Origin: Antedon mediterranea
Taxonomy: Eukaryota > Animalia > Echinodermata
Length of the DNA stretch: 64,000 nt
Direction: 5' to 3'
Assembly: GCF_964355755.1 (NCBI RefSeq)
Contig: NC_092670.1
Location: 18,958,795-19,022,794 of the forward strand
The position numbers and the translations under genes are program-made. Each line of letters opens with the position of its first letter. Position 1 is the first letter of the stretch. The notes beneath the pieces are model-generated. The model saw only the letters and a list, made by a program, of their open reading frames with translations, did no database searches and was not told where the DNA came from. Positions 54,801 to 64,000 of the stretch are shown in pieces.

Positions 54801-57800
54801 AATAAATAATAATAATAATAATAATTATCAAAGGTAAGTAAACATGTTTGTTTATAACAAAGAAATCTGGACATTATTATGTTTATAAATTGTTTTCTTA
54901 AACTTTGTACTCATCAAGAAATATTGACTTACTGCTTCTACCAACTCTTGGTCATGTACCTTTACTGGTCCTGCAAAGATAGGTTTCAGAGAAAATGTTG
55001 ATATGTCTATATTTGTAGCCTATATACTAGCAACTTGATCAAACTAAGTTTGCTAGTGTAGACCAGTGACAAACTTTGACAAACTGCAGAAGTTTTCTAA
55101 GGTCTATAAACTTGGCAAACAGCCTTTGTAGTCAGGAAGGAAGGACAAAATGGCAGGCTTTAGTAACTAGTTTAAGGACTGGCGAGCTCAGAGTTTGCAA
55201 ACAACGTTTGGTAAGTTTAGACTATCCTTATTAATATATTGTTTCGGTTTTTGTCAAAATTGTTAGTAGTATTTAGGTTTAAGGTTAATTTGTTTCATGG
55301 TTTTCACAAGCGCCTTGAGCACTTTTGTGAATATGTGCGCTGTATAAATCTTTATTATTTATTATATTATTATATTGTTAACTAACTAATGTACATTGCT
55401 TTGTGTAGAGGCAGTGTAGCCTTTGTGATTAACATCCTAAGTTTAAATCAAGTGAAGTAGTAAGGTCACTGAAACTGTTATATGTGCTCTGAAATAAAAC
55501 AAGATAAAAAAAAATGTTTAATTGGGCAATTTGAAGCAACTAACAAAACAAAAAAGCCATGCACTAATTACTCTGTTACAGTATGTACAGTAAAATTGAA
55601 ATTATTTTACACACAGAATTGGTATTTATAATAGGGAATGTAATTGACTTTTTAAAACCATGCTTGTTCAAAATGGAGTGGGGTTGGGTGTGAGATTCTG
55701 GTTTATGGAGAGCTGAGTATATACTAAACAGCACATAAATGCAAATGATGAAAAACTAAATTGAGAAACACAACTTACTACAAGAGCCATTTATAATGGC
55801 AAATTTAAAAAGCTATCTGGATGAGGCATGAGATATTAAATCAAAGTAATCAAATGATCACAGGAAGCATAAGCATCTTAAAAAGCAAAAATCGTGACAA
55901 CTAATACAATTGCATTGGATTTTCTAATGATTTCAATTTTCAGCAAAGCAAGAAGCAACGACCTCGTAAACTAACATTGATAAATCATACCTGAATCGCC
56001 ATATGATGACTGCCAATGGTTGCGATTCGCAGCTAGTAAAACATACATATTTTAATACTTCTTATTGATAAAAATTTATTATAACATGTTTTTAAAACTC
56101 TACTCCAGAATTGTCATTTGGAATATGATTTATGAATAGTGATTTAAATCAAAAAATGTATTGTATGGAATCTGAAATGAGTATAACACTAACAGTTCTG
56201 TTCTTAAATATTTTAATCATTACACAGTAGGCATTTGAAAACCAAGTAAAATTACCCACTTCTCTCAGACTGGTCCATGATTCTTAAGCAGTATTCACAC
56301 GTTCTTTCAATCAGAGCTAGCTTGGACTTGCTGAGAAATGTTCTTGTTTCTTGTCTAGCCCTTGGAGAATTGCTTAGGACAGCATTGCTAATCTTAAGGT
56401 GAGCCTCTATCAGCCAAGCTTTCAGGCCCGAGAAGCTCCAGATGTTGAGAAGTTGGTCATCGGAGTAGTACTGGCTTAGGCTTAATATTGTAAAAAAATC
56501 CTGACATGCAGCTCCATCTATCTCTGTCACTGGGATAGGCTGCAAAATAATTTCAATTTGTTAAGATAGGGTCAAAAACTGCCCAAAGACTTTCCACAAA
56601 CACCTTTTAATTTGAGACCATTACTAACGAATAGTCTCTCCATCCAATGGAAAATAGCAAATAAACTGACCTGGTCCAGACGTCTTGACCGTCGTGAATA
56701 AGGATTCGGGGCTTGGTCAATGCTAGCCTCTGATAACCAATCAGCAATCTGTGAGCTAACAACATATATTTGTTCTAGAAACAGAAATGAAAAGCAAAAA
56801 CAAATACAATTGAAAAAAAAATCAATGCACTACTATAAATTAAGGACACAATCAGAAGATCACTACCTAACTTACCTCCAGATAGAAGATCAGAGTGCAA
56901 GCTAGCAATCACAATGAGCACACCAAGTGCCCTAGTTTGGATAACGCACTCAAAGCCAACAGTCGACACCCAACGAACAAACTGCGTTGTCAGCTTACCA
57001 AGTTGTCCAAATATTCTCCCCTTTATAAAATTAATATTTATTATTCGATGATAAAAAATAGTAGTATTTGAATGTCCTACAAGCACAAACTAAAAATTAA
57101 CATGAGGTCATAGTTTACTTATTCTTTAAATTCCATCTACGAATTTCAGTTTAATCCTAATCTTACTACAGGATCACACTTGCCTGATTTAATATAACAG
57201 AAAAAATAAAGGCAGTGTTCTTTGTTTTTGAAGGCGAGTTAAAAGTGTCGAGGATCAGCTCAGGTGTTGGTCCGTACTCTTGCAAGATTGCTGCACACTG
57301 CAGTGGGATGATGCCAGGTGGCCCTTCCAGAAGGACATGCTGCAACACATTCAACACCTGTTTTGATAAACTATCAATTCAAAAAAATTAATGTGGTTAG
57401 AATAAATTGACTTTAGAATGGCAGTTAGGCTGAACTATATACAAAGATAAGACAACAATTTGTAAAAAGATATCCTATATATCCATTTAATAATTGAATG
57501 TGCCTATGAATACAGTACTGTATCATTGCTTCTGGTTGCTAAAAAAGGTGTGGAATTGCCAACATTATAGTTATACCTTACCCTAATATTTTTCTATATA
57601 GGCCTAGTATCATGTATGTATTTTGTATTGATCATATAAATGAAATGAGAAGTGAAGATATGGTACACTGTACAAGACACAACGTTTAAATATATGTTAT
57701 GCGCGATTTGAACGATTTGCGCAATTTGAAATTGCGCAAGGATTTTCTTGCGCAATTTAAAATTGCGCAAAAAATTTCTTGCGCAATTTGAATTGAAACA

Positions 57801-60800
57801 TGTGTTTCAAATTGCGCAAGCAACGTATTAAATTGCGCAAGTAATCTGCAAATTGCGCAAGGTTTTTCGACAGATTGTGAAATCATGCACACCCATATTT
57901 TTTTAGTAATTTCTAAGAATGATTCAAAATTAAAGATAATATCGCATTTCCTTACCCTCCCTCCCTCCCGAATTTTTTTTTTCCGAATAAAAAAAATCTC
58001 GAATTCCCAATGGTTCTATAAAATACCATATTCACACATAATATGAGGAGAAGGCATAAATAAATACCAATAGTAATATAATAATTTCAATTGAAATATC
58101 AGTACTAATGACGATTAATAAAACTAATAACGATTGGATTTTTTTTAGAACGAATTATTAGACGTTTACTATTTAACTTAAAAATTAAATTTAATGACAA
58201 AAAAGATTGACCTTTCGGTACCATTCTCAACAACAAATGAGTACAATAATAAAAATAACAAACAGTTCGTTTTCAAATTGCGCAAAGGTGTCATATTGCG
58301 CAAGAACTATCTTGCACAATTTACAAATTGAAATTGCGCAAGGATTTTCTTGCGCAATTTGAAATTGCGCAAGTTTCTTGCGCAATTTAATATTGCGCAA
58401 GAAAATCCTTGCGCAATTTGAAATTGCTCAAGAATTCTTTGCGCAATTTTAAATTGCGCAAATCGTTCAAATCGCGCATAACATATACATTTATTTACTT
58501 TCTTTGTTTCTTGGTGCAGTTTATGGAAAGGAAGAAGTTACGAAGGAAATTGGTGATTGCAATTCTGTCTGTTGACTTCAGCAAATCGATTAATCTATCA
58601 CATGATGATTTAAATTCAGCTTCTGTAACGGACCTTTTTTTGACAAAAAAAAGTAAAATAAATTTATTTTACTAATATTATTAATTATTATACTTCGTAC
58701 AGTAATGCAGTTTTAAATTTGGCACCAATACTTTTAAAAGGACAGCAGAATTGGGCTCTATAGTTACGACGGGATCCAGTCAAGTCGCCCCATCGCAAAG
58801 TCGCCCCATACAAAGTCGCCCAATACAAAGTCGCCCCATAACAAAGTCGCCCCGGCACAGTCGCCCCCATCGCAAAGTCGCCCCATCACAAAGTCGCCCC
58901 ATCGCAAAGTCGCCCCATCGCAAAGTCGCCCCAACGCAAAGTCGCCCCATCGCAAAGTCGCCCACGGTTTTATTTTGGTAGTTAGTACGCTGTTTTTGAC
59001 ATTGATCGCGTTGTTACTTTGGTCGCGCTAAATGTCGTATACATTATAATGTTTATCCTATTATATACATAATTTGTGGTTTAATTTTTATTTTACAGGT
59101 TTTATGTGTTGATGTGCTTTTTAAAAATCATTAAAAAAATAGTTCCTTGTTTGAAAGTTCTAAAAAGATTATCCCTGATTTATAGTTTCAAAAATTTTAA
59201 ATTAATATGATTTTAAAATTAGTTACCAGAGCCACAATTACGAATCTTTCTTCAACCTACGCGTGGATACCAGCTCATTTTTTAGGATAATATAATAAAT
59301 GTATATACTGTAAATGTGTAGTAGGCCTTCGTATAGATTACAATAACAGCGTTGTAAGACAATGAGTGTTATAGGCTTATTGATCATTTTGAATTTATTG
59401 ACAAGTTATGTGTCTATTGTTATTTAATTTTATTATGACTTTTCAAAATGAAGAAATAAAAAATACTTTAAAAAAAAAAGGATTTCATCGCCGATATGAT
59501 CGTTTTATACATGCAGGTATTTTAGCAAAATTAAAACGCTACATTTTGACCATGGAAAAACCATCGTAGAGTATCGTGTGCGTGTTTTTTAAAAAAAAGG
59601 GGGGGGGGGGGGGGCGTGTTTTTTAAAAAGGGGAATCCCCGACGGTCACCAGAAATACGTAGCAGCTGTGAGAAAACAGATACCAGAAGGCGCAGCTCTG
59701 ATTGGTTTCAGATTGCGAGTCGCCTTTTATTCAACAGTACAGTGATCATTTTACTGAAGAAATTCTTTTCAACCCTTTTGGTTATAGAACATTCTAATTA
59801 TCATGCCTAATAAATATCCTCATATCGGGTGTTTATTTAATTTTAAATTAAAAAAGACAGTGAAGAGGCACGGAATAATACGTACACGGACGTACGACGA
59901 ATACACACACGCACGCCGTCATCATTTACGACATAAGTGGTTATTTGATGCAATTTTATAATGGATAGAATGATGGGATTGCCTTTCCAGGCTTATAATC
60001 AATGTTAATTGTAATACTAATAGTAAACTGAATGTTTATAAATAAATTGTTTTAGGCCTACGTAATTTGTTGCATATAAAATAAAAGACACAGAAGTAGC
60101 CTACGTTCCCTATCAAATATTTCACATTTAAATAATTATGTACTGTTAAATGACATTATGCCGAATAATACTATAATCTTAAACTATGTTTACAAATTGT
60201 CATTTTTAAGGCACACATCTTTCTCATCATAAACCTGTAAAATAAAAAAAAATCAATTAATAATATAGCCCTAATAATAATAATAAATATTCATCGACCA
60301 AAGTAAAAATAATCTAGATCGTAACATCATTTTATCGCGACCTAAATTAAACACGACCGATTTCAAACGCGACGCGACTGATATCATCGTAAAACTCCGG
60401 TGGGGTTTCCCCATCTTCAGATGGTGCGTTGCACATAGTGCGAAACGGCTGTGTAATTACGGGGGTTTCCCTCTGGTGGTGAGTTCAAGCGACCGCGGAG
60501 TGATTAGTCGGGGGCTTCCTCTGCTGACGATCGTGTAACCTGAGACTACATGGCGGGGCTTCCCATTTTATGCCTACACGTTCCGTGTTATTTTGTGTAT
60601 CATTGCGACATTTTACGCACTTGTAAACTATTTTAACGTTTTGGGGCTACTTTGCGATGGGGCGACTTTGTGATGGGGCGACTTTGCGTTGGGGCGACTT
60701 TGCGTTGGGGCGACTTTGCGATGGAGCGACTTTGCAATGGGGCGACTGTGTCGGGGCGACTTTGCGATGCGGGCGACTGTGTAAGGGGCGACTTTGTATG

Positions 60801-61146
60801 GGGCGACTTTGCGATGGGGCGACTTGACTAGCATCCGTTACGACCTACTGTAGGCCCATGGCAAACGAGTACTTGTTCCCGGGAGATAACGCGTTCAATC
60901 AGGGAAATCCTCGACGTCCAAGAAAAGTAGGCCTAATAGGCCTACCCTAGGCCTACGGCCGGCCTAGCCTAAGAATAGAGAGTTAGACAAGATTAGGCTA
61001 AATGGCGTTTTCAGTGCAAAGGTCGGCTTAGTGTTAGTTATATTTTAATATAATTTGTCAAAGGTCAACGTCAACTATCGAATACTATTCTTTTTCTATC
61101 CAAACCTTCCTCTCGTCAAATTACGGTCGATCGAGGAAGTCGCCAT
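51861..61146 (-). CDS. AP5Z1: AP-5 complex subunit zeta-1; ~16 exons, first 61106-61146, second ~58498-58633
   Basis: ITNPRPGSIRE-like exon, QPIPVTEIDGAACQDFFTILS, KYFPNLLK, LLDLPCLSAALE, VVWVIGEY, ASRCQDLIPRVLLCLTK, RANELINLLKLP. Confidence 0.92.
54483..54826 (+). mobile_element. LINE 3' end (ORF2 C-terminus, UTR stem-loop, (AAT)n tail)
   Basis: WEELPEMIKNS..., GGGAGTA...TACTCCC hairpin, AATAAA plus (TAA)n. Confidence 0.6.
57695..58483. mobile_element. Foldback MITE with TTGCGCAA sub-repeats, TGT..ACA ends and TATA flanks (Ginger-like)
   Basis: TATA|TGTTATGCGCGATTTGAACGATTTGCGC...GCGCAAATCGTTCAAATCGCGCATAACA|TATA. Confidence 0.8.
58772..60836. mobile_element. MULE/MuDR-type non-autonomous element with subterminal CAAAGTCGCCCC repeats
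   Basis: GTTACGACG|GGATCCAGTCAAGTCGCCCC...GGGGCGACTTGACTAGCATCC|GTTACGACC (9-bp TSD, 1 mismatch). Confidence 0.85.
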
Positions 61147-61927
61147 TTTCAACAACAATAAAAAGTAAACAAAACATCCGGCCCACAACTAACTTTTTCT
61201 TCCTCTTAAAAACTTTAAATTGATAATGTAATATTAAGTCAATAGTTGTACAAAATAAATTATTTTCTACCATTTCAATAATATTTTAATCACATAAATT
61301 ATATTTTCGATGAATTAGGTGACGATAACAGTAACACAGATTTAAAACTTATTTTTGAAACCATGGTCACATCAAGCTCTCTAGGCTGCTGCACACACAG
61401 CATGACAGCAGCTGCTAGCTAGCTGTCAGTCCAAAAAATTACACGCGAACAGTCTGTTTTCTGGTGTCAAGTACGACGGAAGCGCCCTGGATGTGACTGC
61501 GCGGTAGCTCAATTATTTTTTCACGTTATTTATATTATAAAAGAAAGTGAACGATATACCAATTCCCAGTCCCTATATACTTTAGTAGTGATTGTGTATT
61601 TATGTCTTGTTATCATCAGGGATGGTTTAAATGGTATGGATAAACGCAATAAAAGGTAGGAAAAATAAATTTAAATTCGCTCTCTGTCTGTTTTATCATT
61701 ATTCATTGTCTTTCATATCTAGGCCTATCTATATTAACTCTACTCTAGGTAGGCTAGAGGCCTCCCTGTATAGGCTAGAACTTAGAAGGGCCTACTAAGA
61801 TGCTAGACTAGGCCTAGCTAGCTAGCCTAGCCGATTTGGGGGGGGGGGGGGGTTGTCATCTAAAGATAGGGCCCAACAAGTATAAGGTTTATTTGTTAAT
61901 TTCGCGAGAGGAACGTCATTGCAACAT

Positions 61928-62033
61928 GCATGATGGGAAGGGGTTGGGAGAAAACGTCACAACGCGTACATACATGATTTGTTTCTTGTATGTTCGCGTT
62001 GTGACGTTTTCTCCCAATCCCTTCCCATCATGC
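61928..62033. repeat. Isolated 106-nt hairpin with 47-bp arms
   Basis: GCATGATGGGAAGGGGTTGGGAGAAAACGTCACAACGCG... / ...CGCGTTGTGACGTTTTCTCCCAATCCCTTCCCATCATGC. Confidence 0.9.
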
Positions 62034-62319
62034 GTAACACACTATATTTGCGAACTTTAAACGTTCAACTCCAAATTTTTTTGACCATCCCTTTACTTTA
62101 TTATTATTAGTTTATACTACTAGGTTAATTATTGCAGTCTTTGCCTTGAGTAAAATTAAATCAACCGATTTATAATCAAGTAACGTCTGGGTTCATATCC
62201 GCTCTGTAACTCTGACTTTAACCACAAAAAAAATTACTTTAGTAGTAATTATTACCAGTTTTTAATATGAGATCCGACAAACAATTGCGTTCATTATACA
62301 CGGAGTGAGAGCATTGGGC

Positions 62320-63987
62320 TGTAACGCGAAATTTGGTCCGGGGCCAAAACTGGTCCGGTCGGATCGATTTTGGCGTTGAAACAGTCGCCAAAACTGGTCC
62401 GGCCTTTAAAATCGCTTAGTTATCCATAAAAATGTCATAAGAAGCCTGGAAAAAGTCCAAATAATTGAAGTGAACTATGCTTAGAGTAAATATACTAAAT
62501 ATTACCGTAAAATCGAAAAGAAATTATCGAAACGGAGAGATTAAAAATTTGCAAGAATAAATTGGCACTCGGTTCGGAATCTTCCATTTTCCATTGTAAA
62601 ATTCGTAGGATAAAGTAATAGCCCCCCTCTTAGCATAGTAAAAAAGGACTTTTCATTCATTGTATTCATATATTTTGATTAAATAAGGTTTGATTATATA
62701 TTCTCACATATTTCCTCATTTTATCGTTTTAAATTAATACATTTTCAGTATATTACCGGGCGGTTTAGAATTTGTTTTTAATAATATTATATAACTTTAA
62801 CTTGCACTGAAGGGTTTAAAAAAGAGGGTTCAACATCAACGTTTTGCGATCGTATTTTAACGTACTACATCTGTTTTATAATGAAATGTCAGTAAAATTA
62901 TAAAATGATCACCTATTTATTCTTCAAAGTGAGGAATTAAATTTCAGTTATTCTTTGTCTGCATACATATTACAAAATTTAGATTTCAGAAATACTCATG
63001 GTTTCAGCCGATACGATAGTAAATTAATTTGACACGAATTTAGACTAGCTAGCATGATATAAAAGAACACTTTTGTTGTTTTTTTAATTGATGAGGACTA
63101 ATTGGCCTGCCTTTCCGGCAAAAAAAGAAAAAGAAAAAAAATGTTTTCACTTATATTTATAAAAGAAAAAACAAACGGTTACATTAAACCAAAAACCCAT
63201 TGGCTGTTGGTACAGTTTTTGCAGGAAAACAAAATTGTTTTGATCCATTTTTGGTCAAAGTGAATAACTATTATGGAACATTATCATTTTTCAGGGGACA
63301 ATACATCAACAAATGTCCCTCCTAATACTTTAGGTTTCTTCAAAATTATTTCGCATTTAAAAATAGCTAGATTGTGTCGTTAATACTGTATATGATTAAG
63401 TTTAGCCAATACTACTCTGCGCCATTTATTTCGTGTAGAAAAGTACAGTAGGCCTATAATCATCCACATGATAATGCAAAATTACATTTTATAAACAGTA
63501 TACTTTGTGTAACTGCATAAAGTACTTAATATTTTGTATATCATTATACGATACAATAGTAATACGTCGCATTTATACAAACATTAATAGAAAAAAATAA
63601 ATTTACCATGTGTGCCGTTGTTTGGGTAGAGAGGCTATAAACCCAGGGGAGGCCGGAGCCTCCCTTTTCACCAAGACCGAACTGAACAATAGAATATCGC
63701 AAAATCCGATATACTGTAGAGTTCCTTTATATTAGTGTTTCGATAATTTCTTTTCGTTTGTACGGTAATATTCAGTATATTTACTTTAAGCATAGGCTAA
63801 GTTTACTTTAACTGTTTGCAGGCTTCTTAACATACAGTATTATAAAGAATAAATAAGCGATTTTAAAGGCTGGACCAGTTTTGGCCTAGCCGGACCTGTT
63901 TTAGCGGCTGTTTAGCGGCAAAATCGATCCGACCGAACTAGTTTTGGCGACCAAAATCGATCAGGCCGGACCAATTTTGGCGTGACA
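62320..63987. mobile_element. Non-autonomous DNA transposon, TGT..ACA ends and 4-bp TSD (Ginger-like)
   Basis: GGGC|TGTAACGCGAAATTTGGTCCGG...CCGGACCAATTTTGGCGTGACA|GGGC; subterminal CCAAAACTGGTCCGG repeats. Confidence 0.85.
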
Positions 63988-64000
63988 GGGCCCCATCCTA

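Noticed and set aside
58688-58981. Short repetitive ORFs (also 60628-60834, 57686-57892, 58409-58675)
   Set aside because: Frames through transposon subterminal repeats.
59599-59614. Poly-G runs (also 61837-61852) as G-quadruplex elements
   Set aside because: Simple homopolymers with nothing to indicate function.

Overview
AT-rich, intron-rich animal genomic DNA. It is probably a marine invertebrate deuterostome; this is inferred from Nin/Deu-domain SINEs and gene style, not proven. Ten spliced protein genes can be supported: epsin (-, runs off the left edge), a LITAF-family gene (-) head-to-head with survivin/BIRC5 (+), CCDC96 (-) head-to-head with an uncharacterised 228-aa gene (+), DXO (-), STK19 (-), ALG1 (-) head-to-head with DDX47 (+), and AP5Z1 (-). 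Introns and intergenic DNA hold many transposons. The most striking is a 10.3-kb nested stack (32564-42897) just upstream of STK19. An Academ-type non-autonomous element there hosts a decayed Academ transposon (itself holding a CR1-like fragment), a gag-only LTR element (whose 5' LTR carries an IS3EU-type foldback) and a Merlin-type MITE, and each TIR/LTR layer has a readable TSD. Other notable signals are: a Penelope-like element with inverted pLTRs carrying a minimal hammerhead ribozyme with an A3-U8 core variant; a second hammerhead relic in a DDX47 intron; a fully folding tRNA-like gene with an ATC anticodon; DXO-STK19 adjacency as in the vertebrate MHC class III region; a cluster of kappaB-like sites inside a MULE-type element; and TAGGCCTA/CTAG-rich patches marking first introns. 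No CRISPR array or prokaryotic system is present. All calls were made by eye, so exon boundaries may be off by a few bases and TE superfamily names rest mainly on termini and TSD rules.
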